Part shown: positions 1 to 10,807 of the stretch, one piece after another
Layout: every line of letters begins with the position of its first letter
Numbering within the stretch: position 1 is the first letter of the stretch
The notes under the pieces: generated by a model
Databases searched by the model: none
Seen by the model: the letters and a program-made list of their open reading frames with translations, nothing else
What the model was told of the DNA's origin: nothing
Translations under genes and position numbers: made by a program
DNA from: a bacterium
GTDB lineage: Bacteria; UBA8248; JACPRG01; G963555815
DNA length: 64,000 nt
Direction: 5' to 3'
NCBI GenBank assembly: GCA_963555815.3
Contig: CAUVWX020000001.1
Span: forward strand, 736,001-800,000

Positions 1-837
1 CGGTCGAGGCGAATCCCGTTGGGGGTGGCCATGCTGATGTCCAGCTTTTCAGCGATTATCCGGGAGAAGAAGTCGCGGGCGTATTTCTTGTCCAGGGTGA
101 AGTTGTCATCGATGAGGTGAAATTCGCGGATGCCGTAATCGTGATAGAGGAGCTTGATCTCCCCCAGCACGTGGTCAACGCTTCGGCGGCGGAGCTTGGT
201 CCCCGCCGAGCCGCAGAAGGTGCAAAGGTAGGGGCAGCCCCGGGTCGCCATGATGGGGGCGATGGGGTAGCGCTTGTAGTAGGCCCCGTGCTGGGCTTCA
301 GGATAGAGGTCAGGGCGAATGAGGTCCCAGGCGGGAATGCCGAGGCTGTCGAGTTCCTGGACCTCCATTTTGGGGTTCACATGGGTAGAGCCGTTCTGGC
401 GCCAAACGAGGCCCGGGACCTCTCCGAAGTTGGGCCTCTCCTTTCCCAGCTCTTCTAGGAATAGGGGGAAGCCGATCTCCGCCTCGCCAGAGAAGGCGAA
501 ATCCAGGCTTGGGCCCAAAAACTCCATCGTCTCCTGGGGGACGGCGGTGGGATGAGGTCCCCCGAGGACGGTGAGGGTCTTCGGGCTGGCCTGTTTCGCC
601 TGAGAGGAGGAGGTCTCGGATATTGACCATATCGAAGGTGTAGCATTGGACGCCCACGACATCGGGACGTCTCTCCCGAACCACCTCTCCAAAGTCGATG
701 ACATCCACCCGCTCCCGGATGCAGTCGAAGATCTCGACCTCGTGCTGGCCCCGGATGGCGGTGGCGAGGTACCCCAGGCCGATAGAAGGCTGGATGTGGT
801 CGCTCAGGTTGTAGGGTTTGACCAGGAGGACTTTCAT
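1..837 (-). pseudogene. B12-binding domain radical SAM protein; +1 frameshift near 601-612; runs off the window start
   Basis: N-terminus MKVLLVKPY..PSIGLGYLA (B12-binding). After the shift the frame reads QAKQASPKTLTVLGGPHPTAV...IMATRGCPYLCTFC (CxxxCxxC)...LIDDNF. The shift lies in a CCTCCTCCTCTC tract and may be an assembly error. Confidence 0.85.
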
Positions 838-1041
838 CTTCCCCTCAGTTCCTCATCGAGACAAGATCCCGCCCAAGGTCAACCGCCCCCTTCGAGCAGG
901 GGCCTGCAAATACAAAACTATCGCATTTTACCCCTTTTCCCTTTTTATCCAAGGAAATTTTTGACCCCTTCGCCGTCAAGGCCGTGTTATCCTCCGCCGG
1001 ATCTCTAATCCTGCCTGGATATCTATCCCCGAGGAGGGGCC

Positions 1042-1971
1042 ATGCGGATCCTAGTCACAGGAGGGGCCGGGTTCATCGGCTCTCACGTGGTGGACGGCTA
1101 TCTGGCCGAAGGTCACGAGGTGTGCGTCGTCGACGACCTCTCCCATGGCCAGGAAGCCCATTTGAACCCCCAGGCCCAGTTTCATCGGGTGGACCTCTTA
1201 GATTTCAAGTCCTTGGAGAAGGTCTTCAGGGAGAAGCAACCTGAGATTCTTAACCATCACGCCGCCAGTGTGGATGTCCGAGAAGCAGTCGAAGACCCCC
1301 TCTTCGATGCCCGGGTGAATATCCTGGGCTCTCTCCATCTCCTTGAACTCTCGCGCCGATATGGGGTTCAAAAAGTCATCTATATCTCCTCTGGAGGGGC
1401 CATCTATGGTGAGCCCGACACCCTCCCTGTCCGAGAAGATCATCCCATCCGCCCCCTCTCCCCCTACGGGGCCTCCAAATATGCCGTTGAGCCCTATCTC
1501 TCCCTATACGGCCGGCTCTTCGGCCTTCGATTTACGGTCCTTCGCTATCCCAACGTCTACGGTCCAAGACAAGACCCCCGCGGTGAGGCGGGGGTTGTGG
1601 CCATCTTCTGTCGCCAGATGTTTTCGGGCGAGCGGCCCACCATCTTTGGGGACGGAACAAAGACTCGGGACTACGTCTACGTGGAGGACATCGTCCGGGC
1701 GAATCTCCAGGCCCTTGGCCCGAAAGGGGAGATGGAGGCTTTTAATCTGGGCTGGGGAAGAGAAATAAGTGACCTAGAGGTTTTCAAAGCCGCCCGGGAA
1801 GCCCTTGGAGTCGAGGTAGAGCCCGTCTTCGGGGAGCCGAGGCTGGGTGAGGTCAGCCGGATCTGCCTTGATGCCCAGAGGGCGCAAAAAGTGCTCGACT
1901 GGAAGCCTCTTATTCCCTTCCGGGAGGGGGTTCGAAAAACGGTCTCCTATTTCAAGTCCCTTCAAGAATAA
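1042..1971 (+). CDS. NAD-dependent epimerase/dehydratase (UDP-glucose 4-epimerase-like)
   Basis: TGGAGFIGSH Rossmann motif, SPYGASK (YxxxK), NVYGPRQ; RBS GAGGAGG. Confidence 0.92.
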   Translation: MRILVTGGAGFIGSHVVDGYLAEGHEVCVVDDLSHGQEAHLNPQAQFHRVDLLDFKSLEKVFREKQPEILNHHAASVDVREAVEDPLFDARVNILGSLHLLELSRRYGVQKVIYISSGGAIYGEPDTLPVREDHPIRPLSPYGASKYAVEPYLSLYGRLFGLRFTVLRYPNVYGPRQDPRGEAGVVAIFCRQMFSGERPTIFGDGTKTRDYVYVEDIVRANLQALGPKGEMEAFNLGWGREISDLEVFKAAREALGVEVEPVFGEPRLGEVSRICLDAQRAQKVLDWKPLIPFREGVRKTVSYFKSLQE

Positions 1972-2005
1972 CGGGCCGCTTCCTTCAGTCGCTCGCACAC
2001 TTTCA

Positions 2006-2863
2006 TCAATCTGTCCCTCGGCCTCTTCGCTCTAAATACCTCTTCAACCCCTCCTCCCACGGCGCTAAGGGCTCAAAGCCAAGCCCCTTCCATTTCTGGT
2101 TCTCCAGGACCGAATAGGCGGGACGACGAGCCGGGGCCCCGAAGTCTCTGCTGGAGGTGGCAGAAAGATTGGGCGAGAGGTCCTCAACTTCGAAAATGGC
2201 CCGGGCGAAGTCGAACCAGGAAGTCGAGCCACTGTTCGTGAGGTGGTAGGTCCCGAACGGGATCCCCTCAACAAATTTTAGCGCGGCGGCCGCCAGGTCT
2301 CCGGTGAAGGTGGGAGAGGTCACCTGGTCCGAGACCACGCAGATGGATTTTTTGTCTCTCGCCAGGCGGAGCATGGTCTCGACAAAATTTCCTCTTGAGC
2401 CTGAGGCGCCAAAGAGGGCCGAGGTCCGGACGATGAAATGTTGCTCCCAAGTGGCCCGTATCAAAGACTCCCCGAGAAGCTTGCTGGCCCCGTAGATGCT
2501 GAGGGGGCGGGGGGGGTCCTCCTCCAGGTATGGGGTTCCTTTCAGGCCGTCGAAGACGTAATCGGTGCTGAAGTGGACGAGGGGACAGCCGAGCTCGCGG
2601 CAGACCTCGGCGAGATTTCTAACGGCAAAGGCGTTCACTGAAAAGGCCGAGGCCATCTCCTTCTCGCAGTCGTCCACCCGGTTGAAGGCGGTCGTGTTGA
2701 TGACGATGGAGGGAGAAAGCCGGACGAGAATCTCTCTCACCCGGGCGAAGTCGAGGACATTGAGTTCGGGACGGCAAAAAGCGCGGAGAGACTTTTTGGG
2801 CAGCAGCTTTTGGAGGTCCTGGCCGAGCTGGCCCCCGGCGCCGATGAGCGCGATGGACCCCAT
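2006..2863 (-). CDS. rfbD: dTDP-4-dehydrorhamnose reductase
   Basis: IGAGGQLG, HFSTDYVFDG, YGASKLLGE, APARRPAYSVL. Confidence 0.93.
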   Translation of the reverse strand: MGSIALIGAGGQLGQDLQKLLPKKSLRAFCRPELNVLDFARVREILVRLSPSIVINTTAFNRVDDCEKEMASAFSVNAFAVRNLAEVCRELGCPLVHFSTDYVFDGLKGTPYLEEDPPRPLSIYGASKLLGESLIRATWEQHFIVRTSALFGASGSRGNFVETMLRLARDKKSICVVSDQVTSPTFTGDLAAAALKFVEGIPFGTYHLTNSGSTSWFDFARAIFEVEDLSPNLSATSSRDFGAPARRPAYSVLENQKWKGLGFEPLAPWEEGLKRYLERRGRGTD

Positions 2864-3217
2864 TTTTAAAGTCTTCTCGCCCAATCTTCAGGTCCCCCAA
2901 GGGGTGATTTTCACGTCCGCCCTGATTTTCCCATAAAATGGTTGATTAAAAAGAGACTAAATGGGGCAGTAGGGTGAATCATATAGCCACACCTATATGG
3001 TCATCTAGGCCACTATGGCTATCAAAAAAACCTAATATATTGGAAAACTTATTGAAAAATAAGGAGTTTTATTTTCCGGCCTAAGTCGGCACACTTTTTG
3101 CTGCATCAAACAGTCAGTCAGCCCTGCAACTTTCAGAATAAAGGGGACCTTTCTGCGCGCTGTGACTATCGTGTCGCACCTTGGCCTCTCGGCCCCCAGT
3201 GGTCTCGCACCTGAAAA

Positions 3218-6200
3218 GTGGAGGCGAGCCAGATTGGACCCATGAATCGCCGTTGGCTGCCCAAATTCTCCGTGAAGTGGCGTCGGGGCTATCGCTCCAT
3301 CACGCTGACAGTTGTGATCGGCCTCGTCATATCGGCCATTGCCTTCTTGATGCTGAGGCACTTGGAGGAGTCCCAGAGTCGAGGAGTCTTCGAACAGGCT
3401 GCCCTGGACCGGATCAGCGCCATCCAACGGGAAATCGGAAGGGCTCTCACGCTCGTTCAGTCCACCGCCGCCTTCTATAACTCCTCGGTGTTCGTGGCAC
3501 GAGAAGAATTTCGCACATTCGTGTCGCCCTCCCTCAAGCAAGTCCCGGGAATCCAAGCGATCGAGTGGGTACCGCGGGTCCGGGATTCCGAGCGGGCGAC
3601 ATACGAGGAGGAGGCACGCCCCCACCTTCCTAGGTTCGAGTTCACCGAACAAGACAGCCAAGGCAATCTGATCCGCGCGGGTCGCCGCCCCGAGTACTTC
3701 CCCGTGTACTACGTCGAGCCCCACGAGGGCAACAAGGCTGCCCTGGGGTTCGATCTCGCCTCGGATGCGGTGCGCTTTCAGGCCATCGAAAGGGCACGCG
3801 ACAGCGGCCAGATGGCGGCGACAAGCCGCATTACCCTCGCTTTGGAGACAGAGGATCAAATCGCCTTTCTCATCTTGCAGCCCGTCTATCGGAAAGAGTT
3901 CGAAGTCGAATCTACCTTCAGAGGGGGGCCGATCGATCGTGTCGCACAGCGACGCGAAAATCTGATTGGGTTCATCCTCGGCACTTATCGTATCGGTGAG
4001 ATCGTCAATGAATCGTTAAGCCGCTTCCAGGCGGAGGGTATGGACCTGGACATTCACGCATACGACACCACCGCTCCAAGCGTCAGCAACCTCCTCTATT
4101 CCACAGCGAGTGAGGCGGGCAGGCCACTCAGCGAGGAGGAGGTGCTGCTCAGTTCCAGCTTTAAATTTGAGCGGACCATTGAGGTGGCGGGACGCAAATG
4201 GACGATTATCGCCACCCCCGCAAGAGGTAGCAATCTGCCGTCCCAATCCATGCTCCCGTGGGGAGCGCTCGCCTTGGGGCTCGCCTTTACAGGAATCGCT
4301 GCCACCTATCTTCGGTCGATCCACCGCCATACGGACCGAACCGAGGAGGCGAACCTGGCACTCAGCACGGAGGTCGCCGAGCGTAAGCGGGTGGAGGAAG
4401 AAAGAAAGGGGCTCAGTGAAGAATTAGACCGGGAACACCAAGACCTCAAGAAGGTTCAGCGCTTACTGGGGAGCCTGGTGGAAAATGCCGGGGATCCCAT
4501 TGTCACAATGGATATAGATGGTCGCATCACCTCCTGGAACAGCGCAGCCATGTCTGTCTTCGGATATACGAAGGAGGAGGTTCTAGGTAAGTCCCTCTTT
4601 CTCGTCTTACCTCATGCCCCAACGGAGGATCGTAGAACCTTGCTCGAGAGAGTTTTGGATGGCGAGGTAATAAAAAATTATGAGGTCCAGCGGACGAGGA
4701 AGGACAGCACCCTGGTGCATGTGTCCTTCACCCTATCCCCCGTTCGGAGTGCCGATGGAGCGGTTGTCGGCGTATCGGGCATCTATAGGGACATCACCGA
4801 GCCCAAGCGGGCGGAGGAGGAAATCAAAAGGCTCAATGATGAATTAGAAAATAAACTTAAACGTCGCTCCGAAGACCTCCAGGAGGCCGAGGCTTACCTG
4901 CAGAACCTGGTGGAAAACGCCGGGGACCCCATCATCGCGAGCAATATGGAGGATCGCATCACATCCTGGAACCCCGCAGCTATGGCTATTTTCGGATATA
5001 CGAAAGAAGAAGCTCTAGGCAAACCCATCTCTCTGATCAGATCGGCGGAGGAAGCGGAAAAGATCACGGGCCTCCTCGAAGCTGTCAAAAATGGTGAAGT
5101 GATAACAATCGACGAAGCCCCCCGGTTGAGGAAGGACCGGACGCTGGTGGATATGACCCTCACCTTATCCCCTATCCGGGATGCTAAGGGTGCGATCGTC
5201 GGGATATCGGGCGTCTATAAAGACATCACCGAGCGAAAACGGGCGGAGGAGTTACTTCGGGCAAGCGAGGAACGGACGCGCCTAACCGTTGACGCGGCGT
5301 ATGACGCCTTCATCACCATTGATGCCAATGGCTTGATCGCGGGTTGGAACCACCAAGCCGAGGTCACCTTCGGTTGGTCCCGCGAAGAAGCGCTTGGGCA
5401 ACTCTTGGCCGAGACAATTATTCCTCCGCGATACCGAGATGCGCATACGCAAGGTATCAAACACTTTCTGGCTACTGGCGAAGGCCCCCTATTGAATAAG
5501 CGAGTCGAGATTACAGCCTTACACCGGGATGGACACGAGGTTCCTGTGTCGTTAACGATTACTCCTATTCGGTTGGGAGACAGTTACATCTTCAGCGCCT
5601 TTGCGCAGGACATCAGCGGGCGCAAGGGGGAGGAAGAGCTCACAAAATATTTGGAGGAATTGGTACATTCTAACATGGAGCTACAGAAGGCGCAGACGCA
5701 GCTCCTGCATGCAGAGAAGTTGTCGTCTATAGGAACTCTCGTCGCGGGCGTCTCGTACGAGATCATGAACCCCCTGACCATTGTCACCCTGCAGCTCCAC
5801 ATGCTCCAATCGGAGATCGAATCCCAAAAGCCGGAAGAGATACGCAGTTCCTGCGACATCATGAAAACACAGGTCGAGCGGATCCTGGGGATCACCCAAA
5901 ACCTCTTGCAGTTTGCCCGCCAGCGGAAACCAGAGGTCAAGCCGCTCCGCGCCGAAAACATTCTGGAGCAGGTGGTGAGGCTCCTCGAATACCAGTACCG
6001 AGCTGATAGCGTGGAAGTGGTTCGGGAGTACGCCCCTGACGTCCCTGAAATCGATGGAGACGAGGATCAACTTGGGCAGGTCTTTTTCAATTTTTTGGCA
6101 AACGCCAGGTACGCCATGCCCAAAGGGGGACAGATCACCCTGGGCACCCAGTCCTGCTCCCGGGACGGGGCACCCTGGGTGCGGATTACCGTAAAAGACA

Positions 6201-6445
6201 CTGGAACGGGGATTCCGAGTGACGTTCAGAAACGGATATTTGACCCCTTTTTTACGACAAAACCCGAGGGAAAAGGGACGGGGCTTGGCCTCTCAATCTC
6301 CTACGGGATCATCAAAGACCACGGTGGAGACATAGAGGTGCAGAGCAGAGAGGGCAAGGGAACGACCTTCCTGGTTGAACTTCCGGCAAGCGGCGGGCGG
6401 GAAAGCCAGGAAAGCGAAAAATCTCGTGGAGGAGCGTGCCCATGA
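3218..6445 (+). CDS. CHASE + 3xPAS sensor histidine kinase with a degenerate H-box
   Basis: TM-CHASE (YFPVYYVEP..NKAALGFDL)-TM, three PAS/PAC repeats, HATPase DTGTGI, FDPFFTTK, GTGLGL; H-box reads GVSYEIMNPL. Confidence 0.9.
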   Translation: MEASQIGPMNRRWLPKFSVKWRRGYRSITLTVVIGLVISAIAFLMLRHLEESQSRGVFEQAALDRISAIQREIGRALTLVQSTAAFYNSSVFVAREEFRTFVSPSLKQVPGIQAIEWVPRVRDSERATYEEEARPHLPRFEFTEQDSQGNLIRAGRRPEYFPVYYVEPHEGNKAALGFDLASDAVRFQAIERARDSGQMAATSRITLALETEDQIAFLILQPVYRKEFEVESTFRGGPIDRVAQRRENLIGFILGTYRIGEIVNESLSRFQAEGMDLDIHAYDTTAPSVSNLLYSTASEAGRPLSEEEVLLSSSFKFERTIEVAGRKWTIIATPARGSNLPSQSMLPWGALALGLAFTGIAATYLRSIHRHTDRTEEANLALSTEVAERKRVEEERKGLSEELDREHQDLKKVQRLLGSLVENAGDPIVTMDIDGRITSWNSAAMSVFGYTKEEVLGKSLFLVLPHAPTEDRRTLLERVLDGEVIKNYEVQRTRKDSTLVHVSFTLSPVRSADGAVVGVSGIYRDITEPKRAEEEIKRLNDELENKLKRRSEDLQEAEAYLQNLVENAGDPIIASNMEDRITSWNPAAMAIFGYTKEEALGKPISLIRSAEEAEKITGLLEAVKNGEVITIDEAPRLRKDRTLVDMTLTLSPIRDAKGAIVGISGVYKDITERKRAEELLRASEERTRLTVDAAYDAFITIDANGLIAGWNHQAEVTFGWSREEALGQLLAETIIPPRYRDAHTQGIKHFLATGEGPLLNKRVEITALHRDGHEVPVSLTITPIRLGDSYIFSAFAQDISGRKGEEELTKYLEELVHSNMELQKAQTQLLHAEKLSSIGTLVAGVSYEIMNPLTIVTLQLHMLQSEIESQKPEEIRSSCDIMKTQVERILGITQNLLQFARQRKPEVKPLRAENILEQVVRLLEYQYRADSVEVVREYAPDVPEIDGDEDQLGQVFFNFLANARYAMPKGGQITLGTQSCSRDGAPWVRITVKDTGTGIPSDVQKRIFDPFFTTKPEGKGTGLGLSISYGIIKDHGGDIEVQSREGKGTTFLVELPASGGRESQESEKSRGGACP

Positions 6446-6801
6446 AAAAAATCCTAGTCGTGGACGATGAGCTTCTTATCTGCCAGTCCATAGAGAAATG
6501 GCTTAAGAAAGAGGGTTACGAGGTCATCACCGCCACCCGGGGCGAGGAAGCACTCTCCAAGCTGGAGACCGAGCGCCCCCTTGTGATGCTCCTCGATGTC
6601 CGAATGCCCGAGATGGACGGGATGGAAGTCCTAGCCCGGGCGAAGGCGGAGCACCCCTCTCTTAAGATTATTATGCTGACGGGAGTTGCAGACGAGTGGC
6701 TGGCCCACACGGCCATTTCGATGGGGGCGGCTGACTACATCACCAAACCGCCTGAGCCCAAGCATCTGAAGGAGAAAATCGATTCCCTGCTGTCAGAGTG
6801 A
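6442..6801 (+). CDS. single-domain response regulator (receiver)
   Basis: ILVVDDE, LLDVRMPEMDG, GAADYITKP; ATGA overlap with the kinase stop. Confidence 0.92.
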   Translation: MKKILVVDDELLICQSIEKWLKKEGYEVITATRGEEALSKLETERPLVMLLDVRMPEMDGMEVLARAKAEHPSLKIIMLTGVADEWLAHTAISMGAADYITKPPEPKHLKEKIDSLLSE

Positions 6802-7223
6802 AGGTTTTCAGACCTGAGTAAGGACGTGTCCGCTTGCCAGAGGGCCGAAAAGCTGGAGTCTTTTCAGTGAGAAGATTGTGTTCTCTCGTCCGAGGCAAGG
6901 GCCCTTCGAAATACGGGCCCGGAGGAGGTAAGGCGCCTGATGAGGGTGATGGGCCCCTGCTTCTTCAAAGGCGCTCTCTCCAAGCTTCGGGCCCTGGAGG
7001 GGATGGTTGTCACCCGCCCCGGTAATTTCCCCTTGACATATTGGTTCAAAATGGCTTTGCGCAAATATTTTACGCTTGCGTATCCCCGTGGGGGAATTAT
7101 ATTTTTCAATCTGTGGTTATATATTCTGTAGCAATATATTCTGGATTTGTTTTGTTCATGGCTCGAAGTTCCGAAATTGCACGTCGCCTTAGGGGGCACT
7201 TGTAAAGCATAGGGTGAGCGGAC

Positions 7224-8633
7224 ATGTTCAGGATACGTGTCGCGGTCATATCACTCCTCAGCCTTTTCGCGCTGTTTCTCCTGACTTTTTTCTTTATTAC
7301 CGTGGCCCATGCCCAGGAGGAAATGTACCTGGACGGGAGCCAGTATGGCAACGCGACCCTGACCCTACCGCAATCCTCCGTTAACTTAGAAGCGGTTCTC
7401 GCCGACAATCCGAACTACGAGTTGCTCTCGACGTACAACGAGGCGTCCCGGTTTCAAAGGATGGGGAGGCCAGTGGGCCGGCTGGACATTCTCCTGGCCA
7501 ACGGTCGGATGACGTTTTGCACGGCCTCCGTGGTTTCTTAGGATCACGTCATCACCAACTCCCACTGTTTGCCCGGTAACCATCCTTCTCCGCCCACTGA
7601 GGCGAGTTTGCTGATGAACTACCTAGAGGTGGGTGACCCGGGGTCAACCGTCCGGTATTCCGTCGACATCACGCCCGTGGAACAAAACAGGGAGCTGGAT
7701 TACGCGATCCTTCGGGTTGAGGGTAATCCAGCCGCCCAGTTTGGGAAGGTGGCCCTGCGATCCCGGGACCCTAATCCGGGCGAAGCTCTGCTCGTGATTC
7801 ACCACCCGGCGGGTTTGCCGAAACATGTGACGCGGGGGGGTTGCCGGGCGAGGACCCCCAAGGCCCTTTCTGGTAATAACGTCCTCCATCTTTGCGATAC
7901 GCTGCCGGGGAGCTCCGGTGCGCCAGTCTTTTCCGAAGAAGATGGCGATTTCGTGGGCCTTCACTTTGCCGGCGGGACCGCCCCGGGTGCCGGCCTGTCC
8001 AATTTCGCCAAGCGGTCCCGGCTGATCGTCGAGCGGAGCCAGATCCTCGAGGGGGTGGTTGCGGAAGTTGCTGAGGTGGAGGGTCCCGTCACCGACCCCT
8101 CCCCACTGGCGGCGGTCGAAGAGAGCGTTCCCGAGTTGTCTAGCGCTGGCTTAGCCACCATTCTCGCGCCGCTCAGGATCGGGCAATCGATGCGGGATGC
8201 GCGAAGGGCACTTGCTGGCAAGGGGAAGTTTGACTTTTCCCCTGAGTTTGGGACGTTCCTCGTATACTCAGCGGAGCTGTTTGGGAGAGAATTTCAGGGA
8301 AAGCAGTACTTTCAAGAGGACGAATTTTACCGCTTTGAATTCAATCGCATCGAGACCTACGAGGGGGCCATGGGCATCGCGAACCTGTGGGCGCCTTGCG
8401 AGCGGCTGGACGAAGTTGCGGTGGATGCCCTGATCTCTACCTTTGGCGCTCCGATTTAGTTCGGAGAACCAGAAGCTTCAGGTTTGGAATTAATATCTAA
8501 AGTACGATTTAAATCGGATGTAGGATTGGTGCTGGAGTGGGAAATGGTCCGCTCTCGGAGCTTGGATAATTCAACCGTTCCACCCCACTGGGACGCTGAA
8601 TGCCAATACCATCTACGGAATGCGTTCGAGTAA
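7224..8633 (+). pseudogene. secreted trypsin-like serine protease interrupted by in-frame TAG at 7539-7541 and probably a second at 8457-8459
   Basis: Signal peptide ..TVAHA-QEE; FCTASVVS*DHVITNSHC (His), ELDYAIL (Asp), DTLPGSSGAPV (Ser). ORFs 7224 and 7569 share a frame, which stays open 57 codons past 8459 to TAA 8631-8633. Confidence 0.8.
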
Positions 8634-8815
8634 TTGGTAGTCATTTTGATAGCTTAACGAATTGCAAATCCAACGTTGACGGCGAGACTTGATCCTGACA
8701 CAGTGGAATGTAAACCTGCCTGTTCCAGAGATTGGGCGGGTCCGGGAGACCCGGTTTCCTCGAAGGGGGGGCTCGGCTGACCGGGGCGGCGTTGACAGAA
8801 CAACTCCTATCAAAG

Positions 8816-8841
8816 GGAATTTTCCATGGCCTGAGGCTGTT
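8816..8841 (+). promoter_or_regulatory. candidate SigR/SigH-type ECF promoter
   Basis: GGAAT-N18-GTT about 50 bp upstream of the anti-sigma gene. Confidence 0.4.
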
Positions 8842-8891
8842 TAGAAGGACGGGAGAGCGCGCGCTGTTCTCCTTCAAGGAGGGGAAATTTC

Positions 8892-9650
8892 ATGGACTGC
8901 CACGAGGCCCAGGGCTTCTTCGCCCTGTATCTTGACGGAGAGATGGACGCCCGAACGGCCCTCTCTCTTCAGGGTCATGTGGAGGACTGCCCGACCTGTG
9001 GGGGGATCCTGGCGAGAGAGATAGATTTACGGGAGGTTATTCGGGACCACCTAAGCTCTGTCACCGCCCCGGCCCCCTTCAAGCGCGCTGTCCAAAAGGC
9101 CCTCCGGCGTTAGAGGGAAGGCTGGGTCCGCTTCTCTCGCCCCTGGCAGGTGGCCGCCGCCATCCCCATTTTGGTCCTCGCGGTCGGCGCCTTCGTTCGT
9201 TTCGAGAGGCAGGATCTTCGGAGGATCGTCAAGGGCTCGGCCATCAGTCATCAGCTGTACGGCACGGAAGAAGACCCGCTTGAATTTCGGGCGGTCAAAG
9301 AGGACCTCCTCCTTCCCCAATACGAGAAACGACTGCCTTTTGAAGTAGCCCTTCCGACCTTCACAGAGACTGGGGCCCAGCTTGTCGGGGGACGCCTCTG
9401 CCTCCTCAATGACCAACAGGGCGCTCATACCCTCTATCAAAGGGGAACAGGACGGCTCTCTCTCTTCACCATTGACCAGAAGGGGGCCCGGCTACCCACC
9501 TGGGGAGGAAAGAAGATAGGGGGACGGACCGTTTTCTTTGAAGAATCCCAGGGGAACCAGGTGGCCATCTGGGAGGAGGGAAACTTCCTCTACACCGTGG
9601 TCGGCAAGGATCTTAAGCCCTTCCTCACCAAGGCCCTCCGAGACAACTGA
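8892..9650 (+). pseudogene. membrane-anchored ZAS (zf-HC2) anti-sigma factor with in-frame TAG at 9111-9113
   Basis: MDC...YLDGE...HVEDCPTC; same frame continues ALRR*REGW..TM helix..LVGGRLCLL..YQRG..LSLF (periplasmic domain). Confidence 0.8.
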
Positions 9651-9657
9651 CGCCCTT

Positions 9658-10014
9658 TTAGTCCTTTTCTATCTCGCCGAGCTGCTGGCGGGCCTTCTCA
9701 TACTCCGCACGAAGGCCCCGAAGGATCTCCTGGGACGTCTCCTCGGGGATGGGCCTATCGGGCTCCTCTTGACAGATTTTCTTGACCTTCTCCAGGGAGT
9801 CGAGGAGATCCTGGCAGGCTGAGCAGTCGCCCAGGCGCCCCTTCATCCGCCTCATAATGCGAGGGTCGAGCTCTCGATCCATAAACTCGGACAAGAGCGG
9901 GAAGGCCTCTTTGCATTGGAAGAACCCTGGCCACTTTCGGGTGAATGGAAAGACCGTTCGAAGGATCATGCGAATCACACCCATCTTTTTCCTGACGCCC
10001 TCAGTCCGTTCCAC
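9658..10014 (-). CDS. soluble zf-HC2 (ZAS) anti-sigma factor
   Basis: CKEAFPLLSEFMDREL...RLGDCSAC (HxxxCxxC with His replaced by Arg); overlaps the sigma stop. Confidence 0.75.
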   Translation of the reverse strand: MERTEGVRKKMGVIRMILRTVFPFTRKWPGFFQCKEAFPLLSEFMDRELDPRIMRRMKGRLGDCSACQDLLDSLEKVKKICQEEPDRPIPEETSQEILRGLRAEYEKARQQLGEIEKD

Positions 10015-10576
10015 GGCAGGACTGAAGCTCCTTTCGAAGGAAAAGCCTCGCCCGGTGGAGGCGCGATTTAACGGCCGCCACCGAGAGGTCCAAGATCTCC
10101 GCTACTTCCCTGGCCGAGCGCTCCTCGCGGTCCCGAAGGAGGAGGACCGCTCGATATTCTTCGGGCAACTGGCCGATGGCTTCAAGGATTTTCTGTTTCC
10201 CCTCCTTTTGTAAAAGGATCTCACCCGGGTCCGGGGTATACGGGTGTGTTTCCACATCCTGCCAGAACTCCTCCAGCGTTGAAGGGTCGACGGGCACCTC
10301 CCGTTCCTTCTCCTGACGCTTCAGGAAGGTGTTCACGGCGATCCGGGAAAGCCAGGTCCCGAGCTTCGCCTCACCCCTAAAATTCTTCAGTCCCCGAAAG
10401 GCCCGAAGGAAGGTCTCCTGAAGGTGATCCCGGGCTTTGTCCTCATCCCGGCACATCCTATAGAGGGGGTTATAGAGGGAGGTCTGGTAGCGGCGGACCA
10501 CTTCGTCGAAGACCTCGACCTCGCCCTGCCGAAACCGTTCCAGGACCTCATCGTCTCTGACCTCTAACGCTTCGAC
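10001..10576 (-). CDS. ECF RNA polymerase sigma-70 factor
   Basis: QETFLRAFRGLKNFRGEAKLGTWLSRIAVN; LPEEYRAVLLLRD..AVKSRLHRAR. Homologous sequence (DDEVLERFRQGE) extends upstream of GTG 10501 to a GTC at 10576, 8 nt after RBS AGGGAGG. Confidence 0.88.
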   Translation of the reverse strand, partial: VEALEVRDDEVLERFRQGEVEVFDEVVRRYQTSLYNPLYRMCRDEDKARDHLQETFLRAFRGLKNFRGEAKLGTWLSRIAVNTFLKRQEKEREVPVDPSTLEEFWQDVETHPYTPDPGEILLQKEGKQKILEAIGQLPEEYRAVLLLRDREERSAREVAEILDLSVAAVKSRLHRARLFLRKELQSCRGTD

Positions 10577-10667
10577 GGAGATATCCTCCCTTCAACATCA
10601 CGCTCCATGGCCTTCTATTTTACCCCCATCCTTCGGGCAGCACACCCTATAGAATGTCCTATTGTAC

Positions 10668-10695
10668 TAGATCCGTTTCTTTCCAAAAGGATTCA
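10668..10695 (-). promoter_or_regulatory. putative autoregulatory ECF promoter
   Basis: TGAATCCTTTTG-GAAAGAAA-CGGATCTA; same motif and spacing at 23859-23886 and 25864-25891. Confidence 0.65.
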
Positions 10696-10807
10696 TCCGG
10701 TGTATAAAACTTCGAGCTTTGTAGGCTTATTTTACTTGCAACATTAAATAAAACAGATGGTTTGATGGAAAGGCCCCGGACGACTTCACGTCGAGGAGGG
10801 AAAACCC

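Noticed and set aside
595..615. Programmed frameshift in the radical SAM gene (also 41040 in glycerate kinase)
   Set aside because: No recognised slippery site or stimulator; single extra bases in low-complexity C/CT runs suggest error or mutation.
6802..7223. ORFs 6834-7025, 6940-7131, 6864-7199 and a GGCCC hairpin near 6900
   Set aside because: No RBS or recognisable motif; probably intergenic or degraded DNA plus an AT-rich promoter region.
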